In this document: positions 12,691 through 27,100 of the stretch, piece after piece
How positions within the stretch are numbered: the stretch's first letter is position 1
How the letters are laid out: each line of letters starts with the position of its first letter
NCBI GenBank assembly: GCA_000934665.2
Contig: JYFJ02001629.1
Coordinates: 1-64,000 of the forward strand
Source of the DNA: Catajapyx aquilonaris
Lineage: Eukaryota
Length of the DNA: 64,000 nucleotides
Direction of reading: 5' to 3'
Made by a program: the position numbers and the translations under genes
The notes under the pieces: model-generated
Told to the model about the DNA's origin: nothing
What the model saw: only the letters and a program-made list of their open reading frames with translations
Databases searched by the model: none

Positions 12691-15600
12691 CTATTTTGAG
12701 GAAAAAATACCCAAAAAATAACATTTTTTGGGATGTATGGGGCCATTAACATCATTTGAGCAATTTAGTACCATGACGCTACCGATAGATGGCGCACATG
12801 TTTAGTTACACGACGCCACCGCACCATGGCGCCACATTTATAGGACCCGACATTTTATGTGCCTTATTATTCGTCCTCCAAGCTCATTTGCTAGGGATCC
12901 GCCTTACTTAATCTGCATCTTTCGCATCTTTGGGCCTCATCGTCCTTGGAAGCGTGTAACAACACACGAAATAAACATTCGGCAGTTGGGGTAGGCCAAA
13001 GTGCCTCGCAGGATATGTGTCGGAGCCATCAGAGTCAAGGCCGTTCAAGGATTCAAGGTCGGCCTCCTTTTTTTCTTAGATACGATCGTCACACATCGTG
13101 ACTTTCTGAATGAAACAAAACTTGAAGAAAAAAAAATCAACCACTCGAGCAATATAGGTGAGAGTCTGGTAAATAAAAAAAAAAACTTGGGTCGAAGAAT
13201 CCGGAGGCACTTTTTTGGCGGCGGCAATAGCTCCTCAAGGCTGACCTTGTGGTCAGGCGACAGAAAACGAGAGTGATGATGTGACTGGGCAAAGAGGGAG
13301 ACAAGTCCATCTTTAGAAAAGAGAGGCATAAAGGCCTCTGCGGGTAGCTGATGGAGGTACTATGCATTATAAGTGCTAATAAAGAGGTGCACTTGCCATC
13401 CTTGGTAGGAGGGGTTAAGAGGAGGGGTCTTCAAGGCCTTTGATCACTTATTATCGTTGCTGCAAGTCTACTGCATCACGTTGTTGAAGACTAAATTAAC
13501 ACCCTCTTGTCGCTCGCGGACATGTCAGTCAATTGTAATCAAAATGGGATGCTGATTGGTTCAGGTTTACGTTGCTCACGACCCTAATTATTAAAAGTCA
13601 GTAGCGATCGATGGGTAAACACCTTTCGGGTTTTGAAAGTATGTTAGACTGGAATTTATAACTAAGAAGAAGCTTGGGGCTTAGATCTCTCATTCCTCTG
13701 TGAGGCATGTAGCCCCTACGTATTTTTCTTACTTTATTGTGATAAGTGATATCAATTTTTTGGGATCATTGTTGAGCTACACTGACATGCCTGTTTGCAT
13801 GAGGACATTCAAGTTATTGTGTGTAACATACGACATATATTGTCATGGGAATCACGGTACATGCAATTATGGTGACTCTGTAGTGTTATTCTGTGTGGTT
13901 TGCAATTTTTTTTTGCATTGAATGTTGCCTATGCAGTGTATTGCATGAATGTCAGTCACTTTTTTTTGTCTATTTCCGTTGCTTAACTAGCCCCTTATTC
14001 GATGCTGATTACCCCTTTTGCAGGGAAATGTCGTGATGTTGTTATTACGTGTCTTAACAACATCGCAGATAGCATGAGACACGTACTCGTAAAATTTATA
14101 ATTAATAACAAGTTCCATCACTATCCAAAAAAGTTTTTATTGCCGCACAAAATGCGAAACATTAGAGACTATTGTTGTAATAAAAAATGACTATAGAACT
14201 CCTTTCAGAATGTACTGTAGGCCTACTACAAATATGTGCGTAACATAATCTACGAATGAGTCACATCTGACTGTGAGACAACTTCTATAGTAGTCTACTA
14301 TGGCGCATTTGTATTGTGCATAGTAATTTAACACTGACTTAAGCATTTCCTCCTAGTTGTAGTTACATCATGCACAGGAGGTATAGCTAAATGACTATAA
14401 AAATTGTTCGCACCTTGATAACATCATATAGATAGTAAACGACTATTTTTGAAGTTTTTATGACGCGATTTTACACCCATAATATATTTTCATACCCAAT
14501 TAAAACCACTCGCTGGTCTTCTGTCGAGATGAGTTGCGGAAAACCTGGCTACCTATTGTATAACCCATCATAACAAAGGACCATTTATAGTGCTTTCAAG
14601 GCTCACTTATTACGCCCTATAGCAATCCACAAAATTGTCCGAAAAAGATGAATTAACCTTGACCGAGACACTTTCACTCTCTACCTTTTATTTCGCAGGT
14701 TGACGACAGGTCTGTTGTCGCCACCTTTTTGTCCAATTGTCTCTGGGAATACCGCACTAAAATTTATCCAGTTTTTTATTTTTATTTCAAAGGTTGAATG
14801 TGGTCCACGGACACCTCAAAATTGCATACTAGTTGGCTGCTGGGGCTGTGTTCATCACGAATTCCGACACGATTCATTTTCCTTGTGACATGATGGCATT
14901 GAATATGGACCATCAGTGCCCGGTCGTCTTCTTCAGGCCGGAACACGCAGCAAAAATGATGTTTCGCCCTGATCTTATGTAACTAAGGTATTGTTCTTTC
15001 AAGGGCGGGATTTGAAGATGACTCGGTGCTGTGTTGCCGACGATAATGAGACTTTCACTCCCCCCACAGAAAAACCCGGCAATGCGCAAAAAAGTGGAAC
15101 GACCTCTTATGAAATTATTATTTTTCGCATCCTCTTCGGGCCATTTTCAAATTTTTCTCGGGCCAATTGTTGACAGCCAACAAAGTGATGACGTCAAGGG
15201 TCAAGCACAGCTTCAAAGAGATCCGACGCAATTTGCATATATATGCTAAGGAGTCCGCGGCCTTCCTGTTCAATGTCCCGCAACCGAAATGCCACCGGTA
15301 CAAAAAAAAAAAGTAGCGTCCTTCACAAGTACAGATACTGTATCTGAGGTACCATCACATGCAATGGGGAGGGAAGTAACTTACAAAAAAATTAGGGTTG
15401 AGTAATGGGCTTTGAAGCCTGAGGGCACTTTGAGCACGGATTCTCAATGTCAAGGAGATTTTGGGAAACTTTCCGTGTGTTTCGAAATATTTTTTTGCGT
15501 TTCAGAGATTTGCTCCAGGAAATTGTGAGAAAATTCTGGAGATCCCGCTCTGATATTATTGAATGCATAAAATTTCTGACCAAAATATTCAGTGGTAACG

Positions 15601-18600
15601 TTCATGCAAGGAATCGATCAGAAAGTTGTTCAAATATTTAGTGGCAAAAAAGCTAAAAATGCTAAACGTCCCAAACATGTGTACAATATTCAACTACCTT
15701 CCTGCCAGTGACGTTCAATAATTTTTCAGAAAGGATAATTTTGCGCTGATCTGCTCCTTTTTATTCAAAACGAGACAAAAGTATCTTATGAATTTAAACA
15801 TTCAGAATATTTAGTCAGTTCGAAACAATTTAAAGGCATTCTCCTTATTGTTGGTGATTATTCATTGCTTCTTTAATTGCAAGACCACACGCCTTTTGGG
15901 TGAAGTTTTTATCAACTAGGCTAATTTGAGAAATCTTTCGTCGCCATGATTTAAAATTGCATCCAAATCGGTAAAAAAAATTAAGCCGAAACATTCCGAA
16001 TAGGCTTATGTTTTAGTACCTAAAATGATAGGCGATTATTTTTTATTCTAACTTGGTTCGATGCAACAGGCCATACAATAATTATGGCATATTGTGTTTT
16101 TATTATTTTTCCTTGCTTATCATATACCTGTATAACCGATTCTGAGACGTAGTTGTTTTGGGAGCAAATATATGGAATAGGTATTCACAAAACAAATTTC
16201 TCTAAATTTACAGTATGTTGATATAACATAGGCTTAACTGTCCATTCAGGCCATTCAGGCCAAACCTATCGCCAGTAATGTATATACACAATACAAAAAA
16301 ACGATAACAAACACCGCCATTATTAACGGCTCTGTAAAAGTCACCTGCGGCAATGAGCAAACCCACTGCACTCATAAACCACCAACTAACGTGACCCGCA
16401 CAAGAAAAAGGGCCACGGATAAAAGGTGCAAGCAGGTCACGACCTTGTCCTCCGTCGCTGCCCTCAGTCCTTCACTTCCCATCTAGAAAGTGAAGCTCTC
16501 TCAAATAGCTTTATACTCCTCCTCGTCTTAAATAATAAACCGAAGATGGTTTCCTTTGGAGCATTGACCCTCCTCCCACCACCGGTCGGTCAACTAAACG
16601 TGGCACACTGGTCACCATCACTGGTCACTTACACAGTATGAATGCAGTCCCGCACACTCGGAAATACATCGAGGGCTATAAGCACTTGGCCTCTGTCTTG
16701 CTGGCCAACATGGCTAAAACTGAAGGCATCTCCTTCTTCCTTCCCTCCTTCTCTGGACTGGGGGCCGACCATTCTCGTGTCAGGTGCCCTGTGGCGTCAC
16801 CACTCAAGGTCACGGAGAGCCAGGTTACGTACCTGCGCAAAGAGGATTATCCGACCCAACCCCCTAATCTACACAACATAGGATTAACCTCAGGTCTGCT
16901 TACCTGAAATAATTGGACATTGCTAGTTACACTCATTGGCAACACTGTGACTGAAACATTTTATTAAAAATTGCATTAAAATATTTCGCAAGATCTGCAA
17001 GTAATCTGACTTGGATGATTCGGATTGGACAGCGGATTTTGGCCATAAAGTTGCGGTTTAGAAAGTGAATTGTTATTGCCTTGTTTGCTTATAGAGCGAG
17101 GGTTTTAGAGTAATTTGATTTGTGTAAATTGGCCTGTTAGCCTTTTTTTTTTTAAAAAAAAAAAAGCTGCGCAAGTTGTTCCAGTGGTTGTCAAAATTTG
17201 GAACGAAGGTTGAGAACTTGAAAGCGTTACGGTTCAAATCGTTTGGCTTAAAAAGATTCGTGGTTTCGGCCAAGGTCACCTTTGCTGCACATTTTTTTTT
17301 GCGAATTTTCATTTCAAAACGGATTTCAGGTGAAAATCCTGTCTTCATGCTAATATTACGCCGCAAATTACAAAAATCATTACTTTTAATAAACCACTTC
17401 ATATTGCAGATATTTTTTTCCAACGGCATCACGAGTAGGTCACCTTTTTGAACTTGGCGCAGACAACCTGGGAGGGCCCTCCCTTTTATTTACGAGGTTA
17501 GAAATCGCCAATAATTTGGCAATAAATTACACCAAACGAAGCTTCACGCCCAGGCAGTTAGTGTCCATAATGCATAACAATGCCCACCAGAAAAACAGTG
17601 TAATTACAACGCATGCATTTCTGCCCATGACCACTGTATGATACTTGACCCCCGTGTCTTATGTCAGCCGATTATGGATAATAAAAATGGCACCGCATTT
17701 TCAACGTGTCTCGTAATTATTCATATAACGTAAAAACCATTGGAACTACGTGTGTTCAATTACAAATTATATTTATTGAATATTTTGGTAATAAGTATGT
17801 GCCTCAACAAAATGTGATCTGATGCCCAGAAGTCCATGTTATGAAACACCCTGTATATCCAGGCTCGTCCTTCTGTATTGGCCCTTTTTTTTTCTTATGA
17901 CGTACTACAGCACGAGTTCAGCCACATTACATTAGGTTCAAGGATCCTTTTCTTCTAACTTTTTTTTCGTCCTTTACCTCTCCCTATAGCTTTACAACCT
18001 GGCGAATTTTTATTCGCGACACTGTACTTTAGGGGTTTGAATTGGTAATGCTCTCAAATTGCAGCTTTGTGGTTGCTGAGTTAAGAAGTGAAGAAAAAAG
18101 TAGGCTACATAGTTTGGGTGCTGTCGATAATTCCAAACTCATTGACAGGTTCGACCCTCTGGGACACAACGGTATCTCCATTTGGCGAGACAGTAGCTTG
18201 AAAAATCCTGACTGCTAAAACCTTGGGAGTGAGATGCTGCCCCATATTTTTTGAATGGTTTGCACGCTTCTTATTTGCATGTCTCTGTACAGGACTGTGA
18301 ATCATCTAACGGTACAGTCGCTGTATTTTTGGCTTACACCGACCGGATAATTGAACGCAATTTATCAACAAAATGATGAATTACCTCGAGTACTATTATT
18401 ATTCACATCGCGTAGTTCACAATAATTGAAGGCGTGCATCGCACATCGACTGTGATTATTCACTTTCGATCATATACATTTGTATAGGCAATAAAAGGTA
18501 AGGTACCCATCAGATAAAAGCTGATTATTGTCCTTGAAGCAGATGGAGGCCGTGGTAAAGCAACCCCCATAATAACGCACTTTGCTAATTGAATGATAGA

Positions 18601-20166
18601 GGGCACTTTGACTATGCGAATTAGCTGTAAATAATTCTAAGAAATTGTAGAAGGGGTCGTGTTCATGACCGGCTGATAAATGTGCGCAGAGGTTAATTGT
18701 ATTTTCATATACAGCGGTATGGGCTCCACAAACAGATAAATATCTCAGCGAATGTGTCGCGCACTGAAAAAGTGACTACGCCCATCTTCCAACCTCCTTT
18801 CACTTCTGTATTTTTCGAGGAATGGGCATGACACAATCGGCGTATCTTCCGGTGCAAAAATTTCCCATCAATCATATTATGCATCTCTCCCCTCTTTCGG
18901 AAGTCAAGGGCTTCCCCCCACGAAAAAAAAGTCGGTCAAAGTCACCTCGAAACAAAAGGTGAAAAGACGCATGAAGTTTGCAAGTCACATCTTACAGTGC
19001 AAAAAAAAAGAAGCAATCTCGATTACCCAGAAGGAAGATGCATCACCTTCAAATGTTGCCCAAAAAATTGGTGACAATGCCAAGTCAGGTGGAAGATGGT
19101 GAAAGTGGTGCAATCGGATGACAAGTGTGTTCGTTGGATATTCCTACCAGGTCACTAATATTGGATAGTAGTTCATGGTCATCCCCACAGGCATCACAAT
19201 GTGGTCATCTCATCTTACACAAACTCAGATGCTGACCAGCGCAACTCGTGACCTCTTGACCCTCTTCGGAACAGTGTCAGCGGACATGCCAAGTAATATT
19301 AAATTGCCACCAACGCTCTACATTGTGATCTCTATTCTCTCTTGAATGTCATATACATGACCACTCCCATATAGCAAAAGAATAAAGAGAGTGAATAACT
19401 GAGGGGGCTGGACGCGACTACTAATGATTCGCAAGCAGAGTTTATCTTTAGCAAAACCGGTCAAGGTGGCGTGTGTCACTCCATAACGAGTCAGAAAGGT
19501 GCTGGTCGGTTCATGACCTTCCCGTTGTATGATCGGGGGGAAAAAATCACTTATTCAGATGCGATTATGACAAATGTCCGAGGATTTGACCCAACCAAAA
19601 GAAGGACACTCTTTTTATTGCCTCGTCTTGACCTCTGCTGTGGCGACGACGTCAATACGCAGCGGAGTTTAATCCTGAGCGAGGACACATTGCAATTTAT
19701 CCTCATTTGCATGAGATCATTATCGGCAAGTGACGGCCAGGGGTTAATCGCATAATCGTGTTGTGAATTAGAGGCGTTGCACCCTGGTAGCAGCCCTAAA
19801 CCAAGGCGCATTGGCCGTAATAATTACTTGCTCATGTATCGAAAGAGATTGGTCACATGCGCCATTCTGACGTCGGATCAACTCTCTCAATTCTGCACGA
19901 AATCACTTTAAATCCATCAGTTGAACAAAGGCCCAACTCCACAACTGTTCTGGCAATTGCGAAGTGTCGGCAGGGGGCTCTGCCCTTGGCTCTGCCAGTC
20001 CCCGCCATTGCGGTATCAAATATACGGTAATAAATACACGAACACACGTAGCTAGTGCGGTCCAAAAAGAGTCAATTAATTTGTGTCGGATAAAGAAAGG
20101 CGAGCATATATGCTCGGGGCATACATGTTTTTTTAAATGAGTAAAACATGGTGGAGTTGTGCCATG

Positions 20167-20641
20167 TGGGGTGAGATTGTGCCAGAGCATTTTTTGGGGC
20201 AACAGTGCGTCCTAAGGCGAATTTTACTCGTTATTTCCAACTTTGACTATCCCTCAATGTATACAGGGTGTTTCAGAACTTTTTTGTCCGAACAGTTATC
20301 GGAAAATTGCACGTAGCTGCTACTTTATAAGCAGTGACTTGCAACCGGTGATTTGTCGGAGGAATGGGGAATGGGGAAAAAGAGGGTCACACATCCCATG
20401 GCATGTGTGACCATCAGTTTTCAGTGAGCAGCACGTATGCCGCTTCAATCTCCGAAAAATCACCGTTTGCAAGTCACTGCTTACAAAGTAGCAGCTACGT
20501 GCAATTTTCCGGTAACTGTTAGGACAGAAAAGTTGAAACACCCTGTATAATAGTAAAACATGCCTATAAATTCGCTAGTTTACGCCTGCTGCCAGTAGGG
20601 CGCACTGTTGTCCAAAATTGCGTTGGCACAATCTCACCCCA
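20167..20641. mobile_element. MITE family B copy, interrupted by a nested Tc1/mariner-type MITE
   Basis: Ends TGGGGTGAGATTGTGCCA ... TGGCACAATCTCACCCCA. The internal sequence (GCCAGTAGGGCGCACTGTTGTCC etc.) is shared with the copy at 28701-28890. Confidence 0.75.
20264..20545. mobile_element. Tc1/mariner-type MITE, 282 bp, TA target-site duplication
   Basis: TA|CAGGGTGTTTCA ... TGAAACACCCTG|TA. Long imperfect inverted arms of about 95 bp (GGAAAATTGCACGTAGCTGCTACTTT / AAAGTAGCAGCTACGTGCAATTTTCC). Confidence 0.9.
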
Positions 20642-21158
20642 CCAGGTATAATCTCATCACGTTTGCGGGGTATGTTCATTAAATTATTTTATAGATATTT
20701 GCCACCTGTTCTGTCCAAGTTACGTGTGTGCCAAAAATGCTGGTAGTAGGCCTACATGAATGGTTCTGTGCGAGCCAGCTGGCTTTTCCAACCCTCCGAC
20801 ACGACACTTGCCATCATGAAAGGGAGGGGGGGCTGGGGGGGGGGGGGTACCCTTCTCATCAAGCCTGATTACTGACCATCCAAGCCCTGGCTGGCAACAC
20901 TAAGGGGAAAGAAGCAGCCAGTCCCAGGGCGCCGCCATTTAGTTGGCTGGCCTGCAACTCGGGCACATCTCTCTGACTGCGGCAGGGTCCCCACTTGAAA
21001 CAATCCTCCTCTTGTGCGCGATCAAGCGGATCACCCCCTGGGGGACAATTTGTTTCGTCTCGATGTGCTTATAGTCGAGAGGAAGAGGGCAACTCGTGTG
21101 CCGGCCATGCGCCTGTGGTGATGCGGTACCGGACACACCACCACACAAGACCCCCGCC

Positions 21159-24100
21159 ATGGCCGTCCTCCATCTGAGGCCGCCCATCTTCCTCCTCAGG
21201 CTATTGCTGGTCACCGGACTCGTTTGGGGGCTGCCCGGAGGAGAACCAGGAAGAAGCTGCCTCCGGAGATGTCACCGGATACTCGTAAGTTCAGCAAGCC
21301 CGGAAATGGCTGGTTGTACCACCTCTAGAAAACATATCCGACTGAAAAAGAGACAGAAAAGTTGAGTGATTTTTTTTTTTTTAAAGACAGTCAATGATGA
21401 TAGAATCAGGAATTCAGAGAGGTTGGCTAACTTTAATCGGGCAGTTTAATCTGCTGACATCACCAGAGAAATTATGATTTAGACGCCAGCCTATAAAGTT
21501 AGACTATTTCTCTGATTTCGTCATTCACTTGCATAGAATGAATGCTCCATATTTTAGAAAGAGCCTTGACAATATTTGTAGTTACTCAAGCAGATGACTT
21601 CATTTATTTTCTGTGTTATTACATGCTAACATCTGCATAGTACTTGTGTCTTTTTGCTAAAACACTCCCAAATCGGCGATATTTTTGAAAACCATAATGA
21701 CGTCAATAGCTTTTGTGCAAGGAAACATTTTGCATCCCATCAGAAGGTCTGAATAATTGTTCTTCTTCTTCTTTCTGATTGGATGTGGTAATTTTTCTAC
21801 GCACTTTGCTTACATTCTTTCTCCACGTGCTCTACGTATATACTTTATCCGACCTTGGAAGATTCGGACACGGTTGGTGTCTTGGGACGTGTACTCATCA
21901 GACACCTACCGCCATTGTTGTGCTGTTAAAGCGCAATTCACGTGGGCTAGAGTAGCGGCTTTTTGAGTGACCTCACTCATTTCTTCTGTTGATTAAAACG
22001 AGAGTAATAACTGCAGGCGTCCATCAGAATGATGGCCTCTTCTAGTTGAAGGCCTTCTTGTGATGTAATAGCTGGTCACATGATACAATCCCGCCAATCA
22101 GGAGCAGCCTCTCCTAAGCACAGCCTGATTGGATGGTTTGGATCACATGACTGCAGGGGTGCCAATGTAACAAGTAAGAAGGCAGTGTGTCAATGATACA
22201 TGACAATCATTTGTACCTTCAAAGACGATAATTACAGCCACATGATGTCCTTTTTAATACTAAAAGAGCTGTCAGGCAATTACACAAACGGCACTGACTT
22301 CAAGGGAAAAATTTGCATGACCCTATACGAATGAATTACATGGAAGCTGAGTCAGTACCCCAACGTCTGTGTCCATTAAAGTGTTGCCATCCATCCCTGC
22401 CACACAAATTCCATTATCCGCAACCCAAGCCCAACTCCCCCACACACACATATGTAATATACTGTGTGTGTATATACACATGCTTACTAACCCCTACGCA
22501 CACTTTTATAAACTCGGGGTTGGGGTCAACCATTTCTAACGAGCTCCCTTGATTCGTGTATCGCACTCGTACTTTTTGAAAGGTTAAGACATGTCAACAG
22601 ATCCGTTGTATCTCTCAGGAACCGCTGGGTTCAGGAGGAAAAAAAAAATAATAGAGAGAGGAAGAGAGACCAGGGACGAGGGTCACACAAGAAACAGGAC
22701 GCTTCTTATTGGTGGGGAGGAGGAAATCCGCCAAAATTTGGCCACGTTGACACATGACCCCAGCCAGTCTCCCCACAGTCAAATGTTACCAAACTTCTTT
22801 CCAACAACTGTTCCTTGATGTTTCCTGTCGCCTCAATTTTTGTCCTCCAAATTTGCTGGGCCACAAAAAGGGGTTTTAAGGCCGCACAAAAATTGAGTGT
22901 GACTAATAGCTCATAGCACGTGCTATTTGAGTTACAATTATTTTTTTTCTTTCATCCCACTAGTCAGTTCCACCGCCCAATGTAATGAGGAAGCCATTTC
23001 ATAGCTTCCCTTCATCCAATTCCAACTTTGATTCTGGTATAAAGCAGCTCCGGCTCAATTCCGATCCCAATTATTCAGCAATGTCTGCACACCGATTAAA
23101 GCAAAACCGGAACATTCCGGCATGTTCCGGTCCACTTCTTCAAGATGGCAACCATTTTGTCATATTATATCCTTTTTTTATTTTTATTTTCCTTTTCCGA
23201 GAGACTCTGAGGGCCCTCCCTTAGCCAAGTGTAGCAGCAGGCAGCGCTCGCCGCCGGCCTTAATTGCTCTTAATAAGGAAATGGTCCATCCGCGGGAGGA
23301 TGGATAGGATAGGAGGATGGATAGGGATGGGTTGGAGGAGAACTTTCGCTGGAAGAGTGGGGGAAAAAGTACGTTGAGAGGAGGAAGAGATCCGTACTTT
23401 TTTTTTATTCTTTTCAGGGACATAGCTGCTGGGTATCACTGAAGGTTGCTGAACCTGTTGGAGATGTATCGGGACAGATTGATTTGTGATGACATGCTGT
23501 GGGGTGTCGTATTTTTAAGGGTTGCCGGAAGAAGCTTAACGGCGCAATGACAATGATGGGGGGTGTAATTTTCTATAGGATTTGACAAGGTCGAGCTGGC
23601 TGCTTGAATATTCAGATCGTCATATTATTCGAGACGTCTTCAGAATTAATGAGGCAATACCGTTCTTTCTTGGTAAATGATTCATGAAGTGCATACCAAT
23701 TTGTTTTTAAAAAAACGAATACATTTTAAAATCTGGAGCAATTACCTAGCTTTAAACTTCAATTTCAACTGACATAAACACTCTTTAATTGCGCTTCAGC
23801 TTTAATACACAAAAATGTGGGCCAAGTGCAGTACAACCACTCAATTTCGAAACCAAGGTGAAGGGCCCCCCCTTTCCAACTCACGCTACTAACACACTGT
23901 CAGACTTGCAAAAAAAAAATAGTGAAGCGAAAAAGATGCAAACTTCATTCATTGTGAGGGCCAATTGAAGTAGGGGAGAACAGCAGTGGATTTTCCCACC
24001 GTGTTTCAGTCCACCTGTTACACGTTATGCTCCAGTGCATGGGAACGTCCGACCGAGCAGAACATCGCAAACGGTGTCCAATCGGGACTACCAGATATTA

Positions 24101-27100
24101 TCATCGCAATTTTCAGCGTATAATCCATCCAATCAATCGATGTGTTCATAGACTGGCCAGTGTGCTATAAAGTTGATATCCAGAAACAGGATGTATGTGT
24201 TTTTTTTGGGGTGTATATTCTAACGTTGGATTCTAGTGTGCGTGACGTGGGAAGTCGGGTGTGTCCACAGTCATTTTTTTAAGGACGGTGTGTGTACGGG
24301 TATTCTGAAAAAGACCCCTTCTCCGGAAGTTATGTCCCGACGTGGCGGAAGCGATGTTCAAAAAGCACTGCGGGGTCAAAAAGTTACCGGAACTGATACA
24401 TTGATTTTAGAGGGCCAGGATGGAGGGAAAGAGGGGGGGAACCTTAATTGGGTTTTCTTTCCACACAACAATGCAGCCGTTAGTGAATTGTTCAAGTAGC
24501 AACATTTGGCTAAAGATGCATTTAAAATATTGTTTGATTGGGAAGGAGCCAAACAAACTGTGGGTATCTGGCTTGTTTTTAGAGAAAAATATTGAAATAT
24601 GGAACACCCTGGATTATTTGGAGGTTGAATATTGCAATATTCTTGAGTGGACAATATTTTATGACTCTTGCAGAAAATGGGATTGATTAGCTCGTCATTA
24701 GCAGACAAACATAAAATTTCACTATGTACTTTCAGAAGCCATCAGCAACTGAAATAATAGGCTAACGTCGTGTCGAATACAATGTATACTAAGAAATCCC
24801 ACGATTATTAAGTAATTATTAGGTGAAATTCAGTATATAGTTTGACAAACTACTACAGGACAGTTCGCAATTACATACTTTCCCGATAGAAAGCAGCCCA
24901 TAAAACCGTGCATAAAAAGTGTCTAGAACAACACAACTGCAATATAAAACGCATTAACAATTACAATGCACGCAAACAATTGCTTCCCCATCCACACATC
25001 ATGCAGTCCTATTTTCACTCACTGATTTCAACAACCTCTTGTAGAAAAAAATAACAGCGCAAGTGAAACCCAACCCTTCATACGATTTAACACTAGAAAA
25101 TGAGCTTTGATCGAGATGATCCACATGTTTAGAGAGCGATACAAAAAGAAGGGTCTGACTAGGAAATGATAATCGGATGAAGGAAATGCCTTAGGAAGTT
25201 CCCCTCCAGTTAACAATTTTGGCAGATGTCCACCCTTGCTATTTTTTTTTGCGATTTTTTTGGGGGAGGTAGGGGGACCATCCCCATATGCATGGTGATT
25301 GGCGATGAGTGACAGTAGCTTGTTGGTGCTCGATGCTCATGCACGTGTGAGGAAACATTTAATAATTTCATTATTCGTCTCACCCCCCCTCCCCTCCTTG
25401 CCCTTCTCCTGCCAACAATTAAGCGCAATTAATTAGCACTATTTTGCACGCTATTCGTGACCAGCCTCGTTTCGAAGCGCCGTCTTCGGTGGACATGCAA
25501 ACCCGAGAGTCCGAATGGTTTCATCTAGATGGCAGTGGAGTCCTTAGCTCGTATTTCAAAACTTGGTTAGGCGCCAATTGGACAAAGTAATGTACGGAGC
25601 AATTATGCAATTAGAGTTGTGTGGAAGGTTGCTCCCGCGTCCTACTATTTGTCTAATGAGCTGTTATAAAAAGTTTATACCACTGCCAATTACATCGTTG
25701 TTGTCCTGTAAATGCTCACACACTCATTACGCCTTCAGGGTGGGATTGTAAAATGACCTGCTCTTATATGGAGCTGCTTCTGAAGGAATGCGAGTCAGGT
25801 TTTCCCAAGCTTTGCAATGTACATGGTGTTTTCGGATGGTCCAAAAAAAATATGGAAAAAGCAAGGGTCGAAATATTCGGATGCGCACTCCAAACTGAGC
25901 CTTGGAGTGCAAACTTTGCACTCTTGCTTTTTAAATATGGCTTAAACCACTAATTAAAAATTGAAGCCCTCCGAGTAAGTAATAAATTTGCACTCCATAT
26001 GAAAAGTCTGTGCAAACTTTTCACCTGGACAAAAATGTTAAGATTCGACCCTCGGAAAAGTCGTCCAGTGCATGTCACTGCTTGGCCTTTTGGGAGGTTA
26101 AAAATTGTGCCAATGTCCGACACAATGATGGTCTAATTCCTTTAATAACAGCATAATAATCCACCTCTAACTATTGCAAATTGACCGTTATAATCGCATG
26201 CAGCGCTGTACTAAAATAATTAGTGATGTTTAATTATTATTTTTTTGGAACGCTTTCTTATAGTGCATCATTGTCTCCAACCGATCCTTAAGATCTTATC
26301 TCCTTTAAGTCGTCCAAGTCTGGTCCAGCACTTTGCCAATAAGTCTATTGTCCAGCAGTGCCAATCAAGAGAGGCGAAGACGCGGCTGTGCAGATTTCCG
26401 TCCACTCACACCTATCAAGACTCGATTGGCTCTCATGGGCACACAAATAGTCCTCAGCTCTTTGATCGGGACCTCCAGAAAAGGTGCACAGCTCAAGTTG
26501 TTTACTCCAGCAACCAAAATCTGTGGGCTTCACCTGGTTCGAACCCTCTATAATTTGTTCCGGAAAACGGATGTTTTTATACAGAAAATCTTTCGACTAG
26601 GGTAAATCTCTGAACAAAAACAAACTCCGGAAAATTGTTACCTCCTGTCCTATACCCCTGCCCTCCCCTCTTTTGCTTGCTGTCAACTACAAGATCCATT
26701 GAGTGTAATGGCGGTTCGTTAGGGTCAATTTCCATCTAGGCATCATCCATCCATCTATCCCGTCTGTTCACGTGACGACCTCGCTTTCGCATTTGCCAAC
26801 CCCCCCTCTTTTTGTGCCGTTATAACAAGAATAGTATGTGTTCCGGGGCGGGGGATATCCGGGGATATACCACAACAGGAAAAAGAAGACGCCCATTTAG
26901 ACATCCTCCCCTAAGCATGCATGTCGCCATAAAAAGTGGGCACATCACTGCGAGGTACAGATTTCAACTGAAAAATTATTGTGGGCAAAATCAATAGACC
27001 GAATAATTCAAAAATATTGCAAGAAATCATGCGCCTATTTTTTATAAATATTTTGATCTAAAGGACCATTTTGGCAAAAACGAGTTCCAATAATTTAATT

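Noticed and set aside
12908..13066. Phase-1 GTAAG donor near 12907 as the missing DUOXA upstream exon
   Set aside because: The compatible frame is hydrophilic (HASKDDEAQRCERCRL) where DUOXA needs a TM helix.
22074..22152. CCAATCAGG...CCTGATTGG inverted pair flanked by TCACATGA
   Set aside because: Too short and degenerate to call; may be a decayed repeat.
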